Source of the DNA: an uncultured Thermoplasmatales archaeon
GTDB taxonomy: Archaea > Thermoplasmatota > Penumbrarchaeia > Penumbrarchaeales > Penumbrarchaeaceae
Assembly: GCA_963807965.1 (NCBI GenBank)
Contig: CAWEDU010000009.1
Location: forward strand, 35,577 to 99,576
Direction: 5' to 3'
DNA: 64,000 nt
A model generated the notes under the pieces. The model ran no database searches. It was not told the origin of the DNA and saw nothing but the letters and a program-made list of their open reading frames with translations. Position numbers and translations under genes: made by a program. Positions 19,323 to 32,120 of the stretch are shown one piece after another. Positions within the stretch are counted from its first letter, which is position 1. Each line of letters opens with the position of its first letter.

Positions 19323-22300
19323 TCACTCTTCGAAGGAATCACCTTTTCCTTTCTTTCTCATCACTAATAACATCACTATAACCAATATGATGACCAGGAC
19401 TACAATTATTCCTATACAACAGAGGTAGAAAGGAGGATCATCACTGCTACTTCCAGATGATGGTTCCTTGGGCATCAAAGCTGTACCTGAGTAGGATTGA
19501 GCCATGTCAGGACCTCCTTCGGTTTCTGAGAAATGGTAATTATAATCCTCTTCCCAATCGAATTCCTCATATGGTATTAAAACCCTGTAATTTCCAGGTG
19601 CATCCTCAACAACATTGAAGGATCCAATACCATCTATCACAATGTATATTGTCTGTCCCTCTGGTCCTTGGACCTTCACATCCCATGTGCCGCTCTCTCT
19701 AACTTCCACTGTGGCTGATGTAATTGACCACACAGGTGGACTATAGGGTTCCTCTGGAGTCATTATGGTCCCGTTGAATTCCTGAGCTCTATCCAGACCA
19801 CCATAGGAATCAGTGAAGAAATAATTATATTCCGTATCCCAATCCAGGATTGTACCGTTTATTAGGTATGTGTATGTCCCGGAAGGACCTTCCGCAAGTT
19901 CCAGGTAGTCGATGTTTAAAAAGAACATAAAGATGTCCAAGTTGGGTGGTCCGGTTACTATGACAGAAACATTCTTACCTTCATCTACGGTGACCTCTGC
20001 AGAGAAGATATCCCATGGATCGGTAGCATTTCCAGTCATGAACCACCATTCGAACTCTTCCCAAAGGGGGAATCCTTCATAGGAGATCACCGTTGAAAGG
20101 ATCCTAACTGAATAATTTGTATCTGGCTGGAAAGGATCATGGCTTATAGTAACAATCGTAAGGGAACCATCCCAAGCAAATGTGGTATTTGCCACCTCTG
20201 GTGTAATAATAATCCCATTGGAAACTGAGCTGATATCCATGGTATGACTGAACTCGATCATTATCGGTGAGTCCAGGTATACTCCCTCTCCCTCAGGAGT
20301 GTTATAAGTGATGTTAACAAAGGAGGGGGATGTATATTCAATGAATTCAAGAGTGATGTCAAGATCGAAGGAAGCGACAGTCAAGGAAAAACTCTCTGAT
20401 TCCTTTTCCTGATATCCTGATCTCAGATCTTCCACTGGTTGTAACTCCTCCGGTGGAACTGCGAGGATACTGTAAGTACCAAATGGAATTGCCTGGAAAA
20501 GGAAACCACCCTCAACAGTTGCTTTTGTCCATGAAACAGGTCCTCCGTCTTGGATCAAAGTTACATTAGCTCCGGGTATTCCACTTTGGAATGGTCCTCC
20601 ATCACCGATTACCTTTCCCATGATATTTCCAATTGTCAAATTTTCCAGTATAATATTATGTAGGATCGGATTCCAACCATCGGTAATAAGAGGATCACCT
20701 TCATAAGGATCATAGAGGGGTGTCCTTTCCACAATTATCCTGTACTCGCCCTTATTTATTGTGAATATGTAGAAACCTGTCGCATTTGTCGTTGCCTGTC
20801 GAAGAACGATAAATGTTCCACCCTCTTTCACCTGGAGTGTTACATTGATACCAGGAACGGGGTCCCCGGCCTTATTGGTAACTATTCCTGTAATGAAGGT
20901 TGAGGGTTTTAGAACAAGCATAAGATCGTTGATCTGTCCTGAAACAATTACATCTGTTTTTGAGGAAAGAGTATTATTGAAAGTACAGGAATGAATAGTT
21001 TCCAGGATACATAAGAATGGAAAAGGACCCATCAGTTCCTGTTTCTACGGTATAAGGCATGAATAAAGGATGGTCATTGTCAGAGGCTTCTAAGTACCCA
21101 TGGATACCAATGCCCTCATCATCCACAAGTGTGCCGTTCACCCAATATTGGATATCGCCTATAGGATCAAGGTAAATATCATGCTCACTTGGAGCCCTTG
21201 TTGACAGATCGATCTCTTCACTTTCTGGGTAATATCCAATTCTAGTTGCCTGGATCACAACGTGGTCCATTCCCCAGGTCCTGTAGAATCCATTTAGCAT
21301 TGAACCTGTATCGTATCTAAACAGTTCGATCCCCTCAGGAAGAGGGGGGGCCATCATCATTCTTGAGGAACCAGTAGGATGATATGAATAGGCGTTGATA
21401 TAAACACCTCCGATCACCTCACCAGTAACAGAATCCCTTGTGAATCCGATTATATCGCCTGGTTCCCCCCTAGGATAAAGAGTAACATCTCCGATACTCC
21501 CAGGAGTCATCGGAACATTGAGATTGGTGGGGTTGAATGCCCATGGGTTTAATAGTTTGTTTTCGGGATAGTAAGTGGTATCGAAATACACATTACTCCC
21601 GGGATTAACCCTGAAATTGATACGTCCCAATGAATCCGTATAGAAAATATCCCACTCGCTTAAACCTCCTATATCATAGTCTAACCAGACCCGAAGATCT
21701 GCTACCGGAGTTCCAGAAGGATCCTTGAAGGTCAGATAATAGTCTCCTGGAACCGGGGGCGCTTCCCATGTATCTCTATCTATCCGGATCTCGATCGGAT
21801 CGTTGCTTCCATTCAATATCACTAAATTATTAACTTTTCCTCTTCCATAAGAACAGGTAGCTTCTATCTCGAAGTATTTACCAGCGATCAATTCTCCGTC
21901 AAACACGCCTGTTCCATTGGCATCAACATAATTGGAATAGTAATGCCCTTCTACCTCAGCTACTCCTCTGATCTCTGCGTCCTTGATGGGAAGACCGGTC
22001 AGGTTGTCTACCACGACGATCTTCACAGTTCCTGTTGGAATGTTGGGCATATATGGTTCATATTCCTCCAGAACGATCTCATAATTCAGGGCTCTGACAG
22101 GATTTGTATCAATTACAATGCTCCCTGAATTATATCCACTTTGATAAGCCTGGACAATGATCTTCTGCCCAATTGGAAGTTCGAATTCCAATGAACCATC
22201 AGGATTTACATAGGAACTGAAATAAAAGGACCATAATCCATCAGGGAAGAAGAATGAATTGGACCAGGAGATCCTGGCACTTTTCAGAACACTTGTCGAG

Positions 22301-23316
22301 TTTTTCACAGTGACATTCACAGTTATTGAGGGGGGAGGTGTAAGTTCGAATTCCATATCCTCCGGAGTACCATTCATTACAATGTTTCGTATGACAGTAA
22401 TATCCGTATTCGGATATTCAACGAAATCAGCATTTAGGTCTAATTCCGTCTCCCCCTTTCTACTATCGATCTCATACCAGCCATCCGTGTCAGGATAATG
22501 AGTATCATATTCTCCTCTGTGAGCATATTCAACAGGATTCAGGAATACTTGCATATCTCCCTTATTGATCGGTTGTCCGTTGGATGTGTTGATGAACCTT
22601 ACCCTTGACTGTCCGTCAGGCATGTAAAGGGGGATGAGATCGAAATCAAAATTATAGGTGGTTTGTCCCTCTCTTGTGAAGATTGATCGAGAATTTATAT
22701 TATAGCCGGGGGTTTTGTAAGCTGAGAGGGATAGGCTTTCAGATTCTGTGATAGGGGCCATGAGAGAATACCTTCCATCGACACCTGTGATATTGCTCTT
22801 AGAAATGTAATTCCCAAGTGAATCTTGTCCAGAAAACGATACCCAAGCTCCTTCAATAGGAAGTGAGGAACTCAGATTACTTACAATCCCAGTAATCACC
22901 CTATCGTAAGCTGGAAGAGGGTTCAGGACAATGTCCTTGAAAACGATCTCATCAGGGAATACTGCCAGATGTTCCATGAAAATGTCATCATATGAACTGT
23001 CCTCGATCCTTATCTCACCCTGGCCAAGCTGTTCCCATTTGATATCAAAGGAGGCCTGTCCAGTGGAGTTCAGGGCCATGGTTGAGTATGAATAACTAGA
23101 ATCAGGTTGCCATGATATGTACAGACCCTTCACGGGGGTTCCATTTGGATGAGTTACATTCACATTCAGGGTACCATTATGGTAGTCTGAAAGTGGTGCC
23201 TTCCCATTTCCCTGGACTTCACCCAGGTTCAACATGGAAATGGATGATAATATCATAACGAACAATACTATGATTGAAATTATCCTTGTTTGCATCCTCA
23301 TAATGACACCGTCCAA
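19323..23316 (-). CDS. Large cell-surface protein (~1330 aa) with a signal peptide, repeated carboxypeptidase-regulatory-like/Ig-like beta-sandwich domains and a C-terminal TM anchor. Apparent frameshift near 20974-21032.
   Basis: The 780-aa ORF (N-terminal signal peptide MQTRIISIIVLFVMILSSISMLNLG) and the 569-aa ORF (C-terminal …CCIGIIVVLVIILVIVMLLVMRKKGKGDSFEE) overlap by 59 nt in different frames. Both are rich in N-x-T/S sequons. Confidence 0.6.
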
Positions 23317-23413
23317 TACCTAATATATACTATCAATACAGTATATTTCTTATTTTAATGGTTAGGTTGGTTCGTCGAATCAATCTTTGAGTCCTTCAAG
23401 ATACTGACCTGTC

Positions 23414-26400
23414 CTATCCAATCGGTCTAATGATGGAACCGACTGGAGAGGGAACTATCTCGTACCCCGTCCTGATCTGTCTCCTCAATTCCCCCACATG
23501 TGATATTACACCTACTAACCTTCCCTGTCTCAGTTCTGTTAGGACCTTCAGGGCTGTCTGGAGTGTCTCCTCATCAAGTGATCCAAATCCTTCGTCTATG
23601 AAGAGGGCATCCATCCTTATACCTCCAGACCGGGATTGAACAACATCGGCCAGACCAAGAGCGAGTGCAAGGGATGAAAGGAACATCTGGCCCCCGCTCA
23701 ATGTATTTGCTGGTCTTTCCAAGCCAGTATAATTATCAAATACATTCAGATCAAGACCCCCTTTTGACCTTCCTCCTGTCTCGGATTCATCTGCTCGTCT
23801 TAGGAGAAACCTATTTCCAGAGAGGATCTTGAGCCTCTGATTTGACGCTATCAGGACCTCTTCGAACCTCTGGGCAAGGAAGAACCTTTCCAGGGACACT
23901 CTGGGATTTGAATTACCTTTCACCTCCTTGGAGAGCCTTCCGACCACTTTCATGGTTTTCTCAAGGTCCTCTATCTCCCGGGACACCCTTTTCACCTTCT
24001 CAATTTGGCTTTTTGTCCAAAGCAGATCGGATTCTATCCTTGCCCTTTCCTCGGTTATCTCAGAAAGCAACTTCTTTGCTTCTTCTTCTTCCTTGCTGAA
24101 TTTCTCCAACTCCTCAATAGTTGGAACAGGGGTATCACCCCCTGTTTCGATCAGACTCCTCTCAAGTGTATGGATCGAATTATTCACCTGGATCTTTTTC
24201 TCTTTATGATCCTCTACCTTTTCAACGATCAGATTCTCATCCTCTTCAGAGAGAAGAGATCTCCTGAGATCATCCTTGGTTTCCAATCCCTCATGTTTTG
24301 CTTTATTCAGATTGTTCTCCAGTTTCTCATTTATCTCATCAAGCCTTTGGGAGATCTCCTTCAGCCTTTGCTCCCTTGAACTAAGCTTTTCCTCTAAAGC
24401 TATGTGTCCTTTCCGCAAGGTCTCTACCTTAGTGGAGATGTTGTTGATATCAATTTTTAATTCGTTTTCTCTTCCTTCTATTCTTAATATCTCTCTCTTC
24501 AAAGAACCAGACGGGTCCTTTTCATCTATCTCGATGTCCAATCCTTTTAGTGTCGAGATCTTTTCCTTCAAAGTAGCTTTAGTTCCCTCGATATCCAGAA
24601 CCAATTCTTGGATCCTTTCCTTCAGAGGTGCCTTCAACCCCTCGATGGATTGGGACTTCTTTTCAAAATTCACCCTTTCTTTCTGAAAAGCGATCTCTTT
24701 TTCATCTCTACTTGTTTGTATTGAGAGCCTACGTCCAAGATCATGGACCAATTTTTTCATGGTTTTAATATCCTTATCAGAAAGGTCCGGGTAGGTATTA
24801 CCTATACTTTCCATCCTCCCCACCAGGTCCTTGATGGATGTCTGGATAGTGTTTACCTCTATCCTTGACATGTCGAATTTATCCCTGGCCTCCTGAACTG
24901 ACAAAATGGCTGAATTAATGGTTTTCAAAGTGACATCGTCAATTTGTTTCTCCCTTGGAGAGGGGTGTTCGAAAGAACCGCAAACAGGACATTCCATACC
25001 TTCTTCAAGGTCCTTTGCGAGCTCCCCTGCAATGGAGATCTCTCTTCTCTTCCTTAGGTCTTCCAAATCCTTCGAACGAGAATTTAAATTCATTTCAAGA
25101 TTTTGACATCTCGATATTGAATCCTTCATTTTTATCTCAAGGCCCTGCTTTTCCAAGATGATGGAGATCAGATCTTTGCCAGTTTTTTCCAATTGGCTGA
25201 GTTCAATGACCTTCTCTTTTTTAGGAAGCAGTCCAAGCTCCATCTTGATCTTTGATATACCGTCATTGCATTCCACCTCCTCCTTCAGCAGTTTATCTTG
25301 ATCCTTACCGAGAATATTATAATCAACCTCAAGTTTGGAAATTCGATGGGAAAGGTGTTCAATCTCCAAAACACTAGGTTGGAAAGATCCAATAGTGTTC
25401 CTCCTAGTTCCGATGATCTCCAGTTCCTTCTTCTTCAAAGGTAGCAGCTCTTCAGACCTTTGGGTCCATATATCCAATTCTCTCTTTGATGCCGAAAGTT
25501 GATCCTTTAGGTGAATTGTCTCTTTTTCCAGTTTTTCCCTATCGGTCAACAAGAGGTCCATGGTCTCAAGGTCCGATCTCATTCTCTGCCCCTTTCGATT
25601 CAATTCAAGGGACCTGCGGAGGTGTGAGATCTCAGTTTTCTCAATTCTTTCAAGTTCGACCTTTTGCTCTCTGGCCTTTTGAAGTTCATCGGAGATCTTG
25701 ACAATGGTCCTGGCCTTTTGAGATCTTTCCTGATATATCCTACTTCTTTCCTTCCTTTCTTCCTCAGACTTCCTTAATTCCTCCATTTTTTGATCAAGTT
25801 CGTTGATAGTCTTCAATGACCATTCCCCAAAGGTCACACCCTCACCAGGGCCCTCTCCAAGGTCCAGTTTCTCAATAAGGGTTGAAATTACAGTATCTAA
25901 GGTGAGGTTCTCTTCTCCTTTATTTCACCATAGAGTCTCTTTGACCTGACCTCGATCGAATCGGAAATGTCCCTGTATTTTATGGAATCGAAAAGCTTCC
26001 GGAGCAATATCTCTCTCTTTTCTGTATCAGATCTGAGCAATTCCCTGAACTCTCCTTGTGGGATCATCATTACTCTGGAGAACTGTTCCATTTCCAGCCC
26101 CAGGACCTCGACCACCTTATTATGAACCTCTCTCTTCTGAGTGGCCAGGGTCTTTTTTTGGTAACTTCCTTTTACCATCGGGTCGGATATCAATAATGAT
26201 AGAGAGGCCTTCTCCGGTCTCATTATGATACCTCCCCCCTTTTTTGGAGCTTCATACTGGAGGATCCTCTCAACGAGATACCTCCTGTCCCCCACCATGA
26301 AACTGAAAATGATCCTCGGTTCTTCCCCATCCACTGAATGATCACTTCTCATGTTACGATCTCTTCCTGAGGGGGTCTTCCCATAGAGTGAGTAGCAAAT

Positions 26401-26541
26401 GGCATCGAAAATGAAACTCTTCCCTGATCCAGTAGGGCCGCAAATGAGGAAGAGACCGTCCTCCTTAACACTTGTTAGGTCGATCCTTGTCCTTTTAACG
26501 AAGGGTCCAATGTTTTCCATTTCGAGATGTTGAGGTAACAT
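23414..26541 (-). CDS. rad50: Rad50 DNA double-strand-break repair ATPase with an apparent frameshift near 25838-25897.
   Basis: N-terminal fragment has Walker A GPTGSGKS. The C-terminal fragment has a long coiled coil, a CPVCG zinc hook, the LSGGQ signature and D-loop/H-loop (…ALFIDEGFGSLD…GVISHV…). Confidence 0.85.
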
Positions 26542-27699
26542 CAGACCACCCTCTTTCCATCAACATCAATTTCCCTTCTGACCTCCTTAAAAAGTTCGAT
26601 CGCAGTCTTCCTTCCTTCCCCCTCCTCCCATCGGAACCGGTCCAGGAATAGAGAAAAAAGCTGGTTGGGGTCATCAGCCTGCTCACAGGTGATAGTACAC
26701 ATATCTTCCAATTCACGGTGCAATGCGGGTTGGTCGATCTCCAGTAAATGAGGATATCTCTCCCTGAGCTTCCTGTGGGTATCAATAAGATACCCCATGT
26801 CTGTCAGTATAACGGAGAGGTAGTGGGAGCTGTATTTGTCGAGATCGGGTGAATTAAGTAATTCATCAAGGTTTCCAGAGATCTTGCTGAACTCTCTAAG
26901 GGTAGCATGCTCGAGTTCCTTCCTCACAAGTTTGCCTTTCGATAGCTCCAGTACAAGAGATGATTTTCGATGCTCCGTCTCGGAGAATGAATATGGCATC
27001 AGGGACCCAGAATAGTAAGCATTATGGGTCCTGGATGATACCTGTGGTCTGTGAAGGTGACCAAGGGCTACATGGTCGAATTCCCTGAACAAATCGATAT
27101 CGATCAGACCCTGATTACCGATAAGTAGCTCCCTCTCGCTTTCGGACCTCAGAGGTTCCCTTCCCGTGTATGTATGTGCTAGAAGAATCGATGGCAATGA
27201 ATCATCCTTTGCCTCCCTGATCCGATTTAACAGGAACTCTGTAGCATCCTGATGGGTCTTTATCCCTTCATCTGGATACATTTCTCTTACGAATACCTCG
27301 TCCACAAAGGGTAGGGCGAAAACCTGGACCTTGTTCCCTTCGGAATCGGTGACTATCACAGGTTCCTTTATCCTTCCGTACCGGCATCTGAAATGGATCC
27401 CATTCTTCTCCAGAATCCCGGATGCGAAATCCAATCTTGAGGGGGAATCGTGGTTACCAGGGATCACAACTACTGTGATCTGCCTTTCAACCATTTTTTC
27501 TATGAAACCTGAGAATAGTAGGTACAGATTCGGAAGGTGGAACCGCTCTATCATAGATATCTCCGGCTATTAGAACAGCATCATAACCATTTTCAAGCTC
27601 TTTCTCTATCGAGCGAATTGCGTATCTCTGGTCCTCAAGGAGGTCCTGTCCATGTATGGATTTGCCAAGATGCCAGTCTGAGGTGTGAAGTATCTTCAT
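26541..27699 (-). CDS. mre11: Mre11 nuclease with an apparent frameshift near 27487-27554.
   Basis: N-terminal fragment has phosphoesterase motifs I/II (MKILHTSDWHLGK…LIAGDIYDR). The C-terminal fragment continues with …VVVIPGNHD…LLAHTYTG…ALGHLHRPQ…. The stop overlaps the rad50 start as ATGA. Confidence 0.85.
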
Positions 27700-27856
27700 C
27701 AGGTCCCCTCGTCCTCTTCGAATTAATAGCTTCTATAATATAACCTTGACAACAGGGAGATTACGGAAAGTGAAACTTCTCCATTCTATCCAATTATATT
27801 GTATGGCAATATCAGAAGAATCTTCAAGAATGTGGATATATTTCCAAATAATTCTA

Positions 27857-30800
27857 TTAATTCAACCTTCTCCTCTTGATCAGGACAGAGATCAATATCA
27901 AGCACATGATAAGTAGAAGGATTAAAAGAGCGATATCCAGCATACTGAACATTCTATATCCTTCTTCATCCTCCATGACCTCAGCAACCCTGGGATCTGT
28001 TCCATTTATGTATTCCTCAAGATCTGTGAAGCCGTCCTCATCTGCATCATTTTCCCCTGAAGGGGTCAATGGATCAAGATCATATTCTACCTCCCATCCG
28101 TCAGGCATTGAATCATCGTCAGTATCGGCAAGATCAAGCAGGGTTCCTATTTTATACTCCCAGAAATTGCTCAATCCGTCAAGATCGAGATCGTGTCCGC
28201 CGTCTGTCCTGTCTCTTGGATCCAATCCTAATTCTAACTCTAAGAGGTCCGGGATCGTGTCCTCGTCCCAGTCATAATCGACTGGGAGGACCGTTATATA
28301 AAAAGTCTCACTTGCCTTATTACCGGCTAGATCCTCCACTGTTACGATCACTTCCCTCTGACCTTCTTCGATAAGCACACCTGACCATAATGACCAGTTG
28401 CCATCGTAGGGAAGACCTGACCAGTTTATCATTCCAATCCCAATGTTATCTGAAACCCCTAACTCAATGAACACTTGCTCTCCAGAATATATTATGATAT
28501 CGTCAATTGGCATTATCGTTGGAGGTAGAACATCCATTATTGCAACAGTTTGGAAGGGTCCTCTTGCAAAGTTACTTGACCTATCCTCCATTAGGAAAAT
28601 GTAATAGATACTCCCGGTTGTTCCTTCTGGTACCTTAACACCTTCAGTGAAGAACAATCCCCCTGGTCTCAGGTCAACAGTGTTCCTACTACCTTGATCG
28701 AACCAATATTGGACTTTTACATCTTTTAGACCGATATTGTCAGAAGCATCGCATTTTAATCTGAAATATTCACCGGAAAAAGCCATTCCTTCACTTTCAT
28801 CGGAAATGAACACAGGTGGATCATTATCCACAATAGATACATTCCTCCATCCGGTGGTTATACTGTTTCCAAACTGGTCCTCTAGTGAAAACTGGTAACC
28901 TAAATTCATATCCGTATGAGGAAGGAGAACATCATGGAAGAAGAGTGATCCGTTACCCTGTGTCATATCGATGATATCCACATCACCTCCTCCTATCCTT
29001 AAAAATAACTTGACTTCGGTACCGATATGATCATCTGTTGCTTCTACAAGGAAAGTGAACGGATCTCCGGTTGTACCTTCCTCGGGAGTTCTATCATCCA
29101 GCAATTTTGGCGGGGAATCATCGATAATTTCTACCATCTTAAGAATTGTTGAATTCCAGTTTCCATGGAGGTCCTTTGCAGAGAATACGTAGTAAAGAAT
29201 ATCTCCTGGCATTCCAGTTACAGTAATTCTGTGGAAGAACTGATCGTCATCATTTCCCATTGTCCTGTTCCGGTGATAACCATCGTTTATCCAGTATTCC
29301 AGGTAAGCCTCTCCAACACCCCAGTCGTCAATAATGATCGTGGAGAATTTCAATTCCTTATATGATCTGGTTTCCGAAGGTGTAAAATCATCGATGAACC
29401 TTGGCAGATAAGAACCTCTGACAGGAATTACCTTCTCTATTGTTGAATTTGTATTTTCCTTTGAATCAGTGGCATGAAATTGGTAGGAAAGTGTAAATTC
29501 ACTGTCTGGCAGATAAGTGGTAAATGAATAGATATCATTGCCTTGATTAAAAATGGTATTGTTTGATGACGGCCCCTGATCCAAAGTGAAGTTTAGATTG
29601 ACCTTTTTTAGTATGCCGTTGTCTGTTACTTTCATAGAGAATGTGAGTTCCTGGCCTGGGACAATCTCAGTCGGTGTCAAGTCCTCGATAAATTGAGGAG
29701 GTTCGGCCTCCTTCACGGTTATCCAATTTGACGTCTTTGAGGTCCCGATATTGTTTCGAGAAGTGACATAATAGGAATATGTTTTTGTCACATCGATATC
29801 GTCATCGATAAAGTGTGTAGAGGTGGAACTGCCGAGGAAGGTCTTGTGGCCAGTCTCGTATCCCCGTGATATATTATACCCGAGAATTGGACTATTGCCA
29901 TCCCAATCTGGTTCATCCCATTCCAGATAGACCTTTCCACCCTCCATTCTTCCGGAAAGGTTCACCGGCGCCGAAGAAGGCAATTCCACCATCGAACAGT
30001 TCATGATGCTTATAAAATAATCAGTAACACCCTTGAAACCGCTCGAATACGATCCGGAAAATGTGGGGAAATCGCTGGAATATGTGGATCCCGTGATGCA
30101 GGCCGTTCTCTCATCCAGGAGATTGATGGAACATCGGAAGATCATCAGCCACACCTCCTAAAAATGAAGAATAGACCAAATCACTTCCATCAGGTAGTAC
30201 CGAAGAAATGAAAACGTCATATCGGGCAGATATATTGACATCGTATGCTCCTTGAGTGCATGGAAAATCCTTTGACATGGTCCTACCTGTTATAAAGGCA
30301 AATCCTGATGAATTGACTCCGAGATCCAGTATGTAATCATATTCTGATCCCCCTATGAATGTGGAATAGATCAGGTTTTTCCCCCAGGGATCAAGTTTGA
30401 AAAGGATCCCGTCCCATCTCCTGCTCAGATTGGTCTGGAAAGCACCTTCGGTTGTCTCGAACCTCCATGATGAAGTGCTTCCTCCAACGTAAACATTCTC
30501 ATCATCATCGAGAGCGATACACTTCCCCTCTCCAATGCTCATGTATGTTGAGAACTCCAGATCGTTTTTTGTGAGGTTGAAACACAGAACGAAAGGATTG
30601 AAATCGGTCTTGTTGGCATTGTAGGATCTGTCATAAGCCCCCTGTGTTGTGGGCATATCGGTGGAATTGGTCCTGCCGGTCAGGTAGACCATGTGGTCTC
30701 CGAAAAGGACCATATCCGCTGGCTCATCAAAACCTGATCCACCAATGAAAGTCGAGTAATCAAGCCCGCTTCCCGAAGGGTTGAGAACGAAGAACCCGAT

Positions 30801-32117
30801 GTCGCTGATACCGCTGAAATTCCTTGAATAGGCACCGGATGTAGTTGTGAAGTTCCCCGTGTACACAGTTGCCGCGACAAAAGCCCTTCCATCACTGTCA
30901 ACGGTAACAACTGGAAAGATATCGGTTCCGTAATCCCCTATATAGGTAGAATATTCGAGGTCGGTCCCGTTCTCATTCAAACGCAGAACGAATAGATCAT
31001 AGTAACGTTCGTACCCTTTCTTGAACAGAGACCTGTCATATGCACCATCTGTTGTCGGGAAATCAGTTGAAAGTGTATGACCTGCCACAATGACATCCCC
31101 GTCACCGCAAAGGGCGATCGAATAACCATAATCCACATCAGCCCCGCTGATGTAGGTTGAATAGGAGAGGTTCTTCAGAGTTGGGTCGATCTTGAAGACG
31201 ACAATATCATCAAATGTGCTCCAGTTGATACAATAAGCACCTTCTGTTACCGGAAAATCGAGAGAATAGGTGGAACCCACAGTATAAACATATCCATCCT
31301 CATCCACAACGGACCTTCCGATGCTGTCAACACCTGTTCCTCCGATAAATGTGGATTGCTTTAGAATGGGATCGATGACAACCGCTTTCGAGGTATCATA
31401 TTCTCCCAATTCGAATGTAAAGGTATCATCCTCGATCACGATGAATTTGACATCGATCTCTTCTTCCGGAAGGTCCCTGTAATATGCTTTAAGGCCTGTA
31501 TCCTCGACTGACATTCCATTTTCAAGCTGAATCTGCAATGCATCCCCGTCAACCGAGAGAGAAATGTGGCCCGACAGCTTCATCATGATATCCAAGGGAT
31601 CCGAGAAAGGTTCCATCGTGAATTCGTATTTTGGCCCGTCCCCGACAACATCCAGATCGATTCCCGTCCATAGATCCTCATAATGGACCCCTGAAAATCG
31701 TCTAGCACCAGAGACCCAATCCCTTTTATCTTCTCCCTTAAAATAATTGCAAATACCCGGTAAAAGGTCAAATCCACGAGGATCTGTATGATCCGTATCT
31801 ATGAATTTATAATGGAGAACATTGCCCCTAACTGTCTCCTCCGTAGCGGATTCTATCAGGTTCAACCTCATGGATGAAGGGGTCAAAGAGATCTGCCCGA
31901 ATCCTGTTTCTGCTATGAAAGAAATGGTATCTTCCCATTGGCCTCGATTCTCTACGAATTCTGATGTACCATACTGCTCGCAATTCAAAGCAGATTGTGG
32001 TTCATTCAAGAAGGGGGTTCGATCCGTTTCCTCTATCGATTGGACTGGATAGGACAATATCAACATCATCAAAATGGATACGATTGAGATTACCGGTACC
32101 ACTCTGTTTGACCTCAT
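27857..32117 (-). CDS. Giant surface protein A (~1420 aa): signal peptide, N-terminal ENxGQW domain, SBBP beta-propeller repeats, FN3/Ig-like domains, Asp-rich Ca-binding-like repeats and a C-terminal TM anchor. Apparent frameshift near 30111-30154.
   Basis: The 668-aa ORF has recurring YSTYIGG…D.G…DFP.T.GAY SBBP-like units. The 765-aa ORF continues the same repeat (…ACITGSTYSSDFPTFSGSY…), then shows FN3 patterns, DxDxDG motifs and a terminal TM helix LILLLIMCLILISVLIKRRRLN. Confidence 0.65.
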
Positions 32118-32120
32118 GGA

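Noticed and set aside
24005-24686. 124- and 136-aa plus-strand ORFs.
   Set aside because: Antisense to rad50.
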